From a virus: DNA of 64,000 bases. The translations under genes were made by a program, and so were the position numbers. Of the stretch, positions 26,640 through 36,063 are shown piece by piece. Location of the stretch: positions 1 to 64,000 of the IMG/VR virus record IMGVR_UViG_3300036790_000419, one strand, 5' to 3'. Positions within the stretch are counted from its first letter, which is position 1, and each line of letters starts with the position of its first letter. A model generated the notes under the pieces. The model saw nothing but the letters and a program-made list of their open reading frames with translations, was not told the DNA's origin and made no database searches.

Positions 26640-27854
26640 ATGTCGTTCCCGTTTGACGCGCCCGCGGGCGACGTCGCGCCGGTTGACCCTGACGAGCTGG
26701 CCGCGGTCAGCTACGACAACATCCCGTTCATCCCGCGCCGCTGGCTGTGGCCTGATTACATCCCGGTCGGCAACCCCGTTCTCTTCGCGGCGGCCGGCGG
26801 GACCGGCAAGGGGATGCTGTTCTGCGCGGTGACCGCGCGCGTAGTGCTCGGCCTCCCGTTCCCCAACGAGGACCAGGCCATCAGGCGCGAGCCTGGCCGC
26901 GTGGTCTACATCGCCGGCACCGAGGACGACCCGTTCGAGGACCTGGCGCCGCGCCTGCGCGCGGCCATCGCGTCCGCGGTCGCCGGATTCGGCCTAGACC
27001 CCTCGCTAGCGGAGGAAAGCGGCGCCATCCGCTACGTGCACGACCTGAGCGAGTGGAAAGACGGCTCCCCGTTCGAGGTGCCCGGCGACATGGGCCGCCT
27101 GCTCACGGAGGTAGGCAAGCTCGGCCGCGTGGGCGGCCCCCCTGCCGCCCTGGTGGTCATCGACCCCCTGGCGGACCTGCTAGGCGAGGCTGACCACATC
27201 ACCAGCGTGCGCAGCGCGCGCAAGGTGATGCGCGGAATCAAGCAGTTCACGCGGCAGGCTGACGTCGCGCTCGGCATCATCCACCACCTGACCAAAGACG
27301 GGAAGGTGTCCGGGTCGCCGGCGGTTGTCGACGCGCTACGCCTCGCCTACATGGTGGAGCGCGCCAAAGACGATCCTGAGCTGCGCGTCATCACGCCGGT
27401 TAAAGCCAACATCGTCAAAGGCGAGCCGCAGCAGTACACCATCACCGGCGCCGGCGCCGGCGCTCACGCCGTGTTCGTGAGCGCCGAGGACGCGCGCGCC
27501 GAGCGGGTGAGCGGCGCCGCGCGCGCCAGCGCGCCCGCCGGGCCGGCCGCCGGGTCCAACCGCGCGCGCCTCGCCGCGGTCAGGGCTGCTGACGCCGAGG
27601 GGGCCCCGTTCCGCGTGCTGCGCCAGACGCAAGAGCCCGGCGAGGCGGCCCCCGTGCGCGACCGCGTGGGCACCTCCTACGCCACGCGCAGCGAGGCACG
27701 CCTCGCTGCGGTGCGGGACGCCGGCATGGTCTTGGACTGGAACCGCGCGGACGGCTCGCCTAATGAGATGGCGGCACTCAACCGCGCGGACGGCGCGGTG
27801 CGCGGTTATGCCGTTGTGCCTAGTGCCAAGCGCGCCGGGCGGGTGGCCGTGTAG
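26640..27854 (+). CDS. AAA_25 / RepA-type SF4 helicase-like ATPase
   Basis: RRWLWPDYIP.G, Walker A AAGGTGKG, Walker B LVVIDP, IHH..K, SGS. Confidence 0.85.
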   Translation: MSFPFDAPAGDVAPVDPDELAAVSYDNIPFIPRRWLWPDYIPVGNPVLFAAAGGTGKGMLFCAVTARVVLGLPFPNEDQAIRREPGRVVYIAGTEDDPFEDLAPRLRAAIASAVAGFGLDPSLAEESGAIRYVHDLSEWKDGSPFEVPGDMGRLLTEVGKLGRVGGPPAALVVIDPLADLLGEADHITSVRSARKVMRGIKQFTRQADVALGIIHHLTKDGKVSGSPAVVDALRLAYMVERAKDDPELRVITPVKANIVKGEPQQYTITGAGAGAHAVFVSAEDARAERVSGAARASAPAGPAAGSNRARLAAVRAADAEGAPFRVLRQTQEPGEAAPVRDRVGTSYATRSEARLAAVRDAGMVLDWNRADGSPNEMAALNRADGAVRGYAVVPSAKRAGRVAV

Positions 27855-27858
27855 GAAT

Positions 27859-27921
27859 TCACCCGTACGGGTGAGAAAGCTCTTGACACGTACGGGTGGC
27901 GTCTGGTTAACTGGAGTCAAG
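27859..27921 (+). promoter_or_regulatory. promoter with a different palindromic operator (CACCCGTACGGGTG x2) plus one CTTGAC-type box over the -10
   Basis: TCACCCGTACGGGTGA 27859-27874; GACACGTACGGGTG 27885-27898 overlapping TTGACA; GTTAACTGGAGTCAAG 27906-27921. Confidence 0.7.
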
Positions 27922-27962
27922 CAAGGGGGACACGCCCCCGGCAACGAAAGGGCAGGCACCCA

Positions 27963-29030
27963 ATGAGCAAGGAATCGATGGAATGGCTCCGCTCCAATAT
28001 CCGCGTCGGCTACACGGGCAGTGACGGGCCGGCCTGGTGGGCCAACAGCGGCGAGTACATGACCGACGGCTCGCACTTCGACGGGCCGGTACCGACAGAA
28101 GAGGTTGAGCGCCTGCTGTCGGTCGAGTTCGCGGAGGGAACGGTGTTCAGCACCTACACCGACGCGAGCGGCAACAAGCAGAGCACGCAGGACAAGACGC
28201 GCAAGACCATCGTCACGCCGGACAACGGCGCGATCCTGGGCATCTTCAGGCTCGGCTACCAGGTCCACGACTACAAGAAGTGGACGGCCGACCAGATCGC
28301 GGCCATCCTGGACACCTCGCGCGGCGAGCTTGGCACCAAGTCGGTGGGCTTGCTCCGCAACCGCGGCGTTGCGTTCATGCAAGCGCAGTTGGCCGGCTCT
28401 GGCCTTGAGGTGGGCGGATTCGAGTTCACCCCCTACATCCTCGCGGCCACGTCGGTCGACGGCACGCTTTCGAGCACCTACGCCACCGGCGTCACCGCTG
28501 CCGTGTGCGATAACACGCTCGCCGCGGCGCTGTCGTCCGCGGTCACCAAGTTCAAAGTCAAGCACTCGCGCAACAGCGCCGGCAAGATCGGCGAGGTGCG
28601 CAACGCGCTAGGGCTGGTCTACCAGGCCGGCGACGACTTCGCCGCTGCCGCTGCCGACCTTCAGAAGGTCGACGTCACGCCGGCCGACTTCAGCGCCTGG
28701 CTTGACTTGACGGCCCCCGTTCCCGCCCCCGACCCCAAGAGCAGCACGGGCGGCGCGAAGTACTCCAACGCGGTCAAGCTGCGCGAGACGTACGAGGCGA
28801 TGTGGCAGCACGACGTCAAGGTCAAGCCGTGGGCGGGTACCGCGTTCGGCGTGATCCAGCTCTCCAACACCTACAACACGTGGAAGCGCAACGTGAGCGG
28901 CGCGGACGGCGGCCGGATGGAGCGCACCTACCTCAACATGGTGACCGGCGTCACGGCCAGGGAAGACGCCGGCGCGCTTGACGCTCTCGCGTCGGTCATG
29001 GGCGAGAGGCTTACCGCCGCCCTGGCCTAA
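27963..29030 (+). CDS. DUF932 family phage/plasmid protein
   Basis: MSKESMEWL..N..VGYT...PAWW; YILAATSVDGTLS; VCDNTL; KHSRNS; WAGTAFGVIQ. Confidence 0.85.
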   Translation: MSKESMEWLRSNIRVGYTGSDGPAWWANSGEYMTDGSHFDGPVPTEEVERLLSVEFAEGTVFSTYTDASGNKQSTQDKTRKTIVTPDNGAILGIFRLGYQVHDYKKWTADQIAAILDTSRGELGTKSVGLLRNRGVAFMQAQLAGSGLEVGGFEFTPYILAATSVDGTLSSTYATGVTAAVCDNTLAAALSSAVTKFKVKHSRNSAGKIGEVRNALGLVYQAGDDFAAAAADLQKVDVTPADFSAWLDLTAPVPAPDPKSSTGGAKYSNAVKLRETYEAMWQHDVKVKPWAGTAFGVIQLSNTYNTWKRNVSGADGGRMERTYLNMVTGVTAREDAGALDALASVMGERLTAALA

Positions 29031-29131
29031 GTGCCTCGCGCGAGGCAGGCAGCACCCCCCGGGAACATCTCCCGGGGGGTGCTTCGCTGTATGGCTTGAC
29101 TTGAGTCAAGCCATCACTCATACTGGTGAGC

Positions 29132-29392
29132 ATGACCTACATCAACGGCAACGTGTACGCGGGCCCTACCGAGAGCGCGCCGCTTGACAAGTTCGCGCAC
29201 GACGCGTGCCTGCCCGCGGAGGAGTTCACCACGGCCATGCTGGACGACTTCACCACGGGCCGGACAGACCCCGTAACCGGCTACCGCGTCTACGACAAGA
29301 CCCCGCACGTTCACCACAACTGGCCGTGGCACTGGCACCCCGCTTACGGTGCCCCGGAGCCTTGCTACGTGTGCGGGCTTCCGGTCAAGTAG
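29132..29392 (+). CDS. hypothetical protein, probably leaderless
   Basis: ATG 7 nt after the -10 CATACT of promoter 29095; no leader motif. Confidence 0.65.
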   Translation: MTYINGNVYAGPTESAPLDKFAHDACLPAEEFTTAMLDDFTTGRTDPVTGYRVYDKTPHVHHNWPWHWHPAYGAPEPCYVCGLPVK

Positions 29393-29460
29393 CTTGACTC
29401 AAGTCAAATGCTCACCTATCCTGGTGAGCAGAGTAACCCACCGACCTAGGGCAGGCACAC

Positions 29461-29646
29461 ATGATTACCGTAGTCGCGCAAGAGCCGGCAGGCGAAGACT
29501 CGACAGACAAGGCGTCCGCCCGCTACCGCGCGTGGGCCCTGGCCGGCGGCCAGGCACACGCGTTCGCCGGCAGTAGCCTCTACTGCGCGGAATGCGGCTG
29601 CCTGGCGGGCAGCGTTCACCACGGGGCGCTTCGCTTTGCTCAATAG
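29461..29646 (+). CDS. hypothetical protein
   Basis: Cassette gene. Confidence 0.65.
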   Translation: MITVVAQEPAGEDSTDKASARYRAWALAGGQAHAFAGSSLYCAECGCLAGSVHHGALRFAQ

Positions 29647-29713
29647 TCTTGACTCCAGTCAAACCCTCGCCTACCGTGGTGAGCAGAGCAACCGACTAGT
29701 GAGGGCAGGCACC

Positions 29714-29875
29714 GTGACTTACGAGCTGAAGCTAGGCAGCGGGGCAGTTGTCCGCTGGCCTGGCACTTCCGGGGAGAACGCAGCGGAGCGCTACGCGGAC
29801 GCGCACCGCGACGCGACTGTTATAGCGTGGCGCACGCCGCGCGTGCAACTGCTGGTGGGCGGACCTAAGTCATGA
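29714..29875 (+). CDS. hypothetical protein
   Basis: Cassette gene. Confidence 0.6.
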   Translation: MTYELKLGSGAVVRWPGTSGENAAERYADAHRDATVIAWRTPRVQLLVGGPKS

Positions 29876-30156
29876 GCTACCGCAACAGCTACCGCCGCAC
29901 GCAACCCGCGGCCGACCGTACCGCGCTGGTCACCTCGCGCCAGAGCGCGGCGCTTGACAAGATGGCGGTAGAGCATGGCTTCACCAGTGGTTCGGCGCTA
30001 CTCGCCGACGTCGCCTCCTGCACGGTGGCTGAGCTAGGCCGGAAGAGCCGTTCGGTTGTCCAGATGTTCGTTAACCAGGCATTCGAGCGCTACGGCCGGA
30101 CCGCGCGCCCACGCGGGCGCTGCGAGGATGCGCCGTGCTGCGGTTGTTGCGACTAA
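29872..30156 (+). CDS. hypothetical protein with C-terminal GRCEDAPCCGCC motif
   Basis: ATGA coupling. Confidence 0.7.
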   Translation: MSYRNSYRRTQPAADRTALVTSRQSAALDKMAVEHGFTSGSALLADVASCTVAELGRKSRSVVQMFVNQAFERYGRTARPRGRCEDAPCCGCCD

Positions 30157-30280
30157 GCCTCGCGCGAGGCGCTGGCCCGGTAGCCGTCACGGCTACCGGG
30201 CTAGCTTGTGTCTTGACTCGTGTCAAGCTCTCACCTATCCTGGTGAGGCAGGCAACCCACCGAGCTAGGGCAGGCACATC

Positions 30281-30628
30281 ATGAGTGACGCTTACTACCC
30301 CGCGGACGACACCGGCATGATGGCGCGCGGGCAGGCTGCGCTAGACCGTGACAGGCACGGTGCCGCGTGGCGCGAGACGCGCGCCTACGCGGCTGACCAG
30401 CGGCGCGCGCTGGCTCCCCTGGTACCCGACACGCGGCGCGCGCGCTACGCGGTCAAGGCCGGCCACTGCGCGCAAGCGCGCGCGGGCTACTTCTACTGCG
30501 CGTCAACTCCAGCCGACCCGTGCGGCTACTCCGCAGAGTGCCGCTACCCGCATGACGCGTGTACCGCGCAAGAGTGTAAGGCCCCGCACACGTGCGGTGA
30601 CCTCGCCGCGTACGGCGAGGCGCGCTAG
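30281..30628 (+). CDS. hypothetical Cys/His-rich protein
   Basis: Cassette gene. Confidence 0.7.
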   Translation: MSDAYYPADDTGMMARGQAALDRDRHGAAWRETRAYAADQRRALAPLVPDTRRARYAVKAGHCAQARAGYFYCASTPADPCGYSAECRYPHDACTAQECKAPHTCGDLAAYGEAR

Positions 30629-30796
30629 GCTAGCTCTCAGCTGTGACAAGAGCCTTGCCCCGTTTGATGAATGATGGGGCAAGGCTCTTTCCGTGCCCGG
30701 CGCCAGATCACGCTTGACTGGAGTCAAGCTCTCACCTATCCTGGCAAGCAGAGCACGCGCCGCCATGGCGCGGCCAGAACGTAGGGCAGGCACCCA

Positions 30797-31003
30797 ATGA
30801 GCCAAGCTCCGCTTATCGACCGGGCCGTAGCGCACGCGAGGCGCGAGGCGTACTACGCCGCGGCAGCCATGACAACCGCAGAGCTGCGCGCATGCAAGCC
30901 GGCTTACCTCGCCGCTACCGGCGTGAGCGAGGTTACCGGCGAGGCGCTTACGCAACTGCGCACGGTCAGCAGCGAGCTAGCCCGCAGGGGCGCTGCGTCA
31001 TGA
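30797..31003 (+). CDS. hypothetical protein
   Basis: Cassette gene. Confidence 0.65.
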   Translation: MSQAPLIDRAVAHARREAYYAAAAMTTAELRACKPAYLAATGVSEVTGEALTQLRTVSSELARRGAAS

Positions 31004-31395
31004 GCGACACGGCACAGCGTTACGCGCGCGTCCCCGCTGAGCTGTCGCGCGCGGGCTGGTCAAGGCGCTCTGACCACGTGGCGACCGCAGGCGCGGTGCA
31101 GGGGCGCGGCACGTCCGTAGCGGGGGCGCTGGAAAGCCTCGCCGTTAACCTCGCCGCCATGGCGGCGCGCGTGCATGACGCGCCGGCGTTCGCGTGGGAC
31201 AGCGACAACCGCTCGCTGCGGGTTGCGGTCCCTAGCGCGCTTGACAACGGGTGCACTCACTACATCGTGCACTTTGACGACAACGGGCAACCGACCGTGA
31301 GCGGCTGCACTACCAGCGACAGCGCCCCCGCGCGCGAGGCGTGGAAGAGCAGCGCCGCGCCCCGCGCGCTGCCTAGCCCGTTCTACAGGGACTAG
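31000..31395 (+). CDS. hypothetical protein
   Basis: ATGA coupling. Confidence 0.65.
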   Translation: MSDTAQRYARVPAELSRAGWSRRSDHVATAGAVQGRGTSVAGALESLAVNLAAMAARVHDAPAFAWDSDNRSLRVAVPSALDNGCTHYIVHFDDNGQPTVSGCTTSDSAPAREAWKSSAAPRALPSPFYRD

Positions 31396-31709
31396 CGCGC
31401 CTCGCCGAACCTAGCGCCCCCGGGGGACACGTTCCCGCCGGGGGCGCTGCCGCGTCTGCGCAGGTACCCGTGATGCGGGCAGGCAGAGATACCGCCAGCC
31501 GCGCGGGTCCGTACTGTGAGAGCCGGCGAGACTCCCCCCGCGCGGCTCACAGCGCCCTTGAGACGTCCCTAAGCGCCCCGCCGCGTGTGCCTGCCTGCCA
31601 GAGCGCCCAGGGGCCCTCTCCGGGCCGCGCAGGCCCTATTTGACTCTAGTCAAGACCTAGCCTACGCTGGCAGCCAAGGCAACCGAACTAGCAAGGGCAG
31701 GCACTCAGG

Positions 31710-32045
31710 ATGATGTACGCCATTCAAGCTCAGATCCTCACCTGCACGTCCGACGGGTATGAGGGAAGCCGGAGCGTCCCGACGTTCTACCTAGACTCTG
31801 ACGTGCAGGGACTCACCGGCGCCGGGCACGCGGCCGAGGTAGCGGCCGACGTCATCAACGCGCTGCACGTCATCCCGCCGGGCAACCTGCGCGTGACCGC
31901 GTGCCCGGCGGGCGAGCCGGCGTCGGGGGAGTTCGGCATTGACGGCCGGCCTATCCCGCGCAGCGCGTTCGCCGGCAACGTCGGCCACGTGTGCGCGCCC
32001 CGCTGCGAGCGGCACACGCGGCGAGCCGGCGGCGCGCGGCTGTAA
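31710..32045 (+). CDS. hypothetical protein
   Basis: Cassette gene. Confidence 0.7.
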   Translation: MMYAIQAQILTCTSDGYEGSRSVPTFYLDSDVQGLTGAGHAAEVAADVINALHVIPPGNLRVTACPAGEPASGEFGIDGRPIPRSAFAGNVGHVCAPRCERHTRRAGGARL

Positions 32046-32261
32046 GCGCCTCGCGCTGCGGCGCCCCTGGCCTGTACTCGGCCAGGGGTGCTTTTCGTTA
32101 CCCTCCGTAGAGCTTTCAAGATCATTCTTACCTTCCCTCACCGGCCGGCAACCGACTTTGGTCACTGTCCGTGTAATTAGCCCTGCTGTGGCATACCTAG
32201 CTTGACTCCAGTCAAGCTCTCACCTATCCTGGTGAGCACAGGCAACCGAGAGGCAGGCACC

Positions 32262-32576
32262 ATGGAATGCGACTACAGGCCAGTAGCGGGCGACCCGGCC
32301 ATCCGCGTGTGCGCGGCGCACGACCCGGAGCTAGGGCTGTACGGCGGCGAGTTCTGCGCCGGCGAGGCTGTCACGGTGGACGGCGCGCACATGGCGCACG
32401 TGGCGGACGCGCTGCAGCTCGCCGACCGCGCGCTTGACGCCGGCGAGGCGTGCGACCGCGCGGCGGCGATGCTGCGCGCGTCGGTGGCGCTGCAGGACGC
32501 GGCTGACAGGTACGGCCGCCGGGAGATGTCACCGCGCGCGTTCCGCTCTGCGGTGCGCGGGCACGCGGCGCGCTAG
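32262..32576 (+). CDS. hypothetical protein
   Basis: Cassette gene. Confidence 0.7.
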   Translation: MECDYRPVAGDPAIRVCAAHDPELGLYGGEFCAGEAVTVDGAHMAHVADALQLADRALDAGEACDRAAAMLRASVALQDAADRYGRREMSPRAFRSAVRGHAAR

Positions 32577-32785
32577 CGCCCCGCCCCTTAGCACCCCCGG
32601 GCACGTGCCCGGGGGTGCTTTCACGTGCCCGGGGGTGCGCGTGCCTGCGGCGAGGCGGCCATGCCCGCTACGGCGCTGTGCGCGCCGCCAGCCACCGCGC
32701 GGCCGGGCTGGCATCCGGCTAGCTGCTTGTCCTGAGTCAAGCCATGCTGTAGGTTGGCGGTATGGCAACCGAGAGGCAGGCACCC

Positions 32786-32968
32786 GTGACGGGCGACGAT
32801 CTTATTACCCTGGTGACTGAGGCAGGCAGCATGAGCGAGGCGCGCGCCATCATGGGCACAGCGCCTCGCGCGGCAGTATTCAGCGCGGCTGACATCCTGT
32901 ACGTGGACTGCGGTGACCACGGCATGCGGTGGACTCGCAACGCGGTACTCAGCGAGGCGCGCGCCTAG
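32786..32968 (+). CDS. hypothetical protein
   Basis: Cassette gene. Confidence 0.65.
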   Translation: MTGDDLITLVTEAGSMSEARAIMGTAPRAAVFSAADILYVDCGDHGMRWTRNAVLSEARA

Positions 32969-33179
32969 CCTCGCGCGGGGGCGCGGCGACCTGGCCGCGC
33001 CCCCTCCCCCGTTCGACATGCTGCCGCGGCGCGCGCCGGCGGGGCCGCGTCGTCCGGGTCCCATAGACGGACTATGGAGGCTCGCCTCCGCGCCGGCTTA
33101 GCTCGTGCCCGCCCCGCGCCGGGAAAATAAAACCCGCCGGAGTCCCGTTTCCCGCGGTCAGCGCGCCGTAGTACCCGCC

Positions 33180-33872
33180 ATGGGAGAAATAATCCGCCTG
33201 CTCGACCTGGGCTGCTCGGCGGGCGGCACGTCGTGGGGCTACCACCTGGCCGGGCAGGACTCGGCGCGGCGCGGCGGCCCCGCCGTCGAGGTGACCGGCG
33301 CGGACATCGCGCCGCAGCCCCGGTTCCCCTGGCCGGGCAGGTTCATCCGGGCGGACGCCACCACGATGGACTTGTCCGGCTACGACGCCTACGCGTGCTC
33401 CATGCCGTGCCACGACCACACGCCCCTGAAGTCGGTGGCGGGCACCGACGGCACCGGCCACCTGCTGGGCGACCTGCGCACCCGGCTGGAGGCGACCGGG
33501 AGGCCGTACGTCATCGAGAACGTGCCCGGCGCCCCCATGCGCGCCGACGTGCGGCTGTGCGGCTGCATGCAGGACCCGCCGCTGCGCACCTACCGGCTGC
33601 GCTGGTTCGAGGCCAGCGCGCACTTCGCCCCCGGCGAGGTCACCCAGCTCCCGCACCGCGACCACAGCGCGAGGACGGCCACTAAGCAGCGGCGCAAGCT
33701 GTGGGACGAGGGCTGGCACGTCTCGGTCACCGGCGACGTGGGCACCTACGTCGGCCCGCAGGCGATGGGCATCGACTGGATGAGCGGCAACGAGCTGAGC
33801 CTGGCGGTCCCGCCGGCCTACACCCGGTACGTGGGGCGGTTCCTCATCGCGGCGGTCCTGCGCGGCCGGTGA
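33180..33872 (+). CDS. short C5-cytosine DNA methyltransferase-like protein
   Basis: LLDLGCSAGG (motif I), GADI, SMPC (IV), YVIENV (VI), R.R.FE (VIII), AMGIDWM..ELSLAVPPAY. Confidence 0.8.
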   Translation: MGEIIRLLDLGCSAGGTSWGYHLAGQDSARRGGPAVEVTGADIAPQPRFPWPGRFIRADATTMDLSGYDAYACSMPCHDHTPLKSVAGTDGTGHLLGDLRTRLEATGRPYVIENVPGAPMRADVRLCGCMQDPPLRTYRLRWFEASAHFAPGEVTQLPHRDHSARTATKQRRKLWDEGWHVSVTGDVGTYVGPQAMGIDWMSGNELSLAVPPAYTRYVGRFLIAAVLRGR

Positions 33873-33920
33873 CGGCAAGGCCCCGCCGCTGAGTGCCCGC
33901 GGCCGTTCTAGGCTTGCCCC

Positions 33921-34262
33921 GTGGCGTTTACCTGCCCCCGGTGCCGGCGCACGTCGCACCACCCCGGGGACGCCCGCCAGGGCTACTGCGGCGCGTGCCG
34001 CGACTGGACAGCCAGCGCCCTCGTTTACCAGTGCGCGGCGTGCGGGCTGCGGGCGGCCGTGCCCCCGTTCGGCAGCACCTGGTGGTGCCCGTGCGGAGCG
34101 CCCGGGCCGGTGCAGCCCGGTGACTGGTCTAGCGGGGAGGTAACAGTTTCGCGTACTGATTGCGGGTTTCCCGGCGCTGATTGCGCGGGGCGCCCGCCGG
34201 AAGCGGATGACGGGTCATGGGAAGACGCCATGGAGTGGCTGCCCGGTGACGCGGAGTGGTAA
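33921..34262 (+). CDS. Zn-ribbon-rich hypothetical protein
   Basis: CPRC, CGAC, CAAC, CPC. Confidence 0.55.
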   Translation: MAFTCPRCRRTSHHPGDARQGYCGACRDWTASALVYQCAACGLRAAVPPFGSTWWCPCGAPGPVQPGDWSSGEVTVSRTDCGFPGADCAGRPPEADDGSWEDAMEWLPGDAEW

Positions 34263-34276
34263 TGAGCCCCGGAAGT

Positions 34277-34369
34277 GATATCACAAGGTGCTAGCTGATA
34301 TCTTTTCAGCCTCCAGGTGATATCAGCTAGCACCTTGTGATAGCTATCAGCGGGTGATATCTTTTCAGC
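34277..34369. repeat. 24-bp perfect inverted repeat and GATATC box array upstream of an RHH gene
   Basis: TATCACAAGGTGCTAGCTGATATC at 34279-34302 and its reverse complement at 34319-34342; direct repeat TGATATCTTTTCAGC at 34296 and 34355. Confidence 0.85.
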
Positions 34370-34651
34370 GTGGGCAAGGGCGATTTCCTTCTCCGGCTGG
34401 ACCCGGAACTGCTCGCCGAGGTGCGCAAGGCGGCCGAGGGCGAGGGCGTTTCCGTGTCCGGCTTCATCCGGGAGGCTGTCGCCCTGCGGCTGAGCCAGGG
34501 CAGTTTCCCCAGGCCAGCGTCCCGCGCGGACCTGCTGGCGGAAATCGCCGATGTCGCGTCCAAGGTCAGGGCGGGCTTCGTCCTGGTGCCCGCGGCCGAG
34601 GTTCCCGCCCCCGGCTCGTGGTCGGGCCTCATGGACGGGGAGGTCCCGTGA
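34370..34651 (+). CDS. ribbon-helix-helix DNA-binding protein
   Basis: FLLRLDPELLAEVRKAAEGEGVSVSGFIREAV. Confidence 0.8.
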   Translation: MGKGDFLLRLDPELLAEVRKAAEGEGVSVSGFIREAVALRLSQGSFPRPASRADLLAEIADVASKVRAGFVLVPAAEVPAPGSWSGLMDGEVP

Positions 34652-35018
34652 GCCGTGAACTAGACCAATTTCGGCTCGGGCGTATAAGAACTTATCTTTG
34701 GCCGGCCGTGAGGGTTTGCAATTCGAGTCACGCTGTTCCCCGGCCCCTGAGCCGGCTGGCTTCAGGCAGCCGGGCGCTACACCGCCCGGCCCCGGTTAAC
34801 GTCCCCCGCCGACACCATAGATCCGCGGGACCCGGGCACAGCCCCGGGTGCGCTGCGACGGCCGGGCCCCCGGGCCCCCCCGGCGCAAGTGCCTCGGCGC
34901 AAGGTTCCCCCTCCCGGCCGTTTGTCACCAGCATCGGCGGCCGGCTCCGGCTGGAAGCTGCCGGGGGTTCCTGCCGGGCAGGCAGCCACTTTCACCTTTC
35001 TGAAAACAGGAGGTGCCC

Positions 35019-35261
35019 GTGGCCGGCCGGGTGACCGCCGGGCAGTCGCTGCTGACGGCGCTGGCCGGCCTGACCGCCTACCAGGCCGGCCTGCCGGCGG
35101 GCGAGCTGCTGGCACTGGGCGCCGGGGAGCCGGGCGAGTCGTTCGCCGCCGCCGTCGGCATCGCCGCCCTGCTGGCGGAGGAGGTGCGCCGGCTGGGCGG
35201 CGACCCGGACGTCATCTTGCGGGGTGTCTACGACAAGGCCAGTAGCCTTGCCTACTCCTGA
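35019..35261 (+). CDS. hypothetical protein
   Basis: CAGGAGG RBS. Confidence 0.6.
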   Translation: MAGRVTAGQSLLTALAGLTAYQAGLPAGELLALGAGEPGESFAAAVGIAALLAEEVRRLGGDPDVILRGVYDKASSLAYS

Positions 35262-35352
35262 TCTACTTGACTCAAGTAAACCGCCCCGCTAACCTGAGGT
35301 CATCAGCTGGCGGGGCTTACCCTTGCCCCGGAACTAAACGGAGGGCAGGCTC

Positions 35353-36063
35353 GTGATGGCATGGACTGAGGAAGACCGCGAGAGGATGCTCGCGGCCGGC
35401 CGGCGGGCGGACCCGGCGCCCGGGCGGCTGTACGCCACCTGCGCGCAGAGCCGGCGCGCTCCGGGCAAGTTCCTGGGGGCGCTGTCGTACCAGCCGGACG
35501 GCGCGCGGTTCGGGCACGGCGGCCAGCGCCTGCAGTGGCTGTGCGGGCACGACCACGACGGGCGGGACGGGGCCCGGGCGTGCGCGTCGGGCGAGCTGGC
35601 CCGGCGGGTGCCGGCGTCCGGCTCCTCCCAGGACCGGGTCTACACCCAGCGCAACCGGGATTACCCTGACGACACCGACATCTGCTTCGAGCGCGGCAAC
35701 GGCACTACCGTGGTCCGCCTCACCCCGGCCGACCTGCCGAAGCTTCTCGCCGCCGCAGGCGGCCTGGCTCCCGGCCTGGAAGAGCTGCGCGCCCGCGCGG
35801 CGGCGCTCACGAGCGCCGCGCTGGGCGAGGCTGCCCCGGACGTCGCGGACTGGGCGCTGCGGAGCACGCGGCTGGTGGACTACGCCTACATCGCCGGGCA
35901 GGTTGACTTCTCAGCCGGCAACGGCCGCCGCGCGGCCCTGGACTACCTGGCCGGCAAGCTGGAAGAGGCCCGCCGCGACTTCGAGCCCGCCTGCGGCGAG
36001 ATCGGCCCCGGCCCGGACGTGCTCGCCCTGGAGCGCGTCATCGCGATGCTGGACGGCGCCTGA
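35353..36063 (+). CDS. hypothetical protein
   Basis: After promoter 35266 and a leader variant. Confidence 0.7.
   Translation: MMAWTEEDRERMLAAGRRADPAPGRLYATCAQSRRAPGKFLGALSYQPDGARFGHGGQRLQWLCGHDHDGRDGARACASGELARRVPASGSSQDRVYTQRNRDYPDDTDICFERGNGTTVVRLTPADLPKLLAAAGGLAPGLEELRARAAALTSAALGEAAPDVADWALRSTRLVDYAYIAGQVDFSAGNGRRAALDYLAGKLEEARRDFEPACGEIGPGPDVLALERVIAMLDGA

Noticed and set aside
32969-33179. Possible genome end or packaging site where the dense cassette array stops
   Set aside because: Only a GC-rich gap and a change in gene style; no terminase or terminal-repeat evidence in the window.
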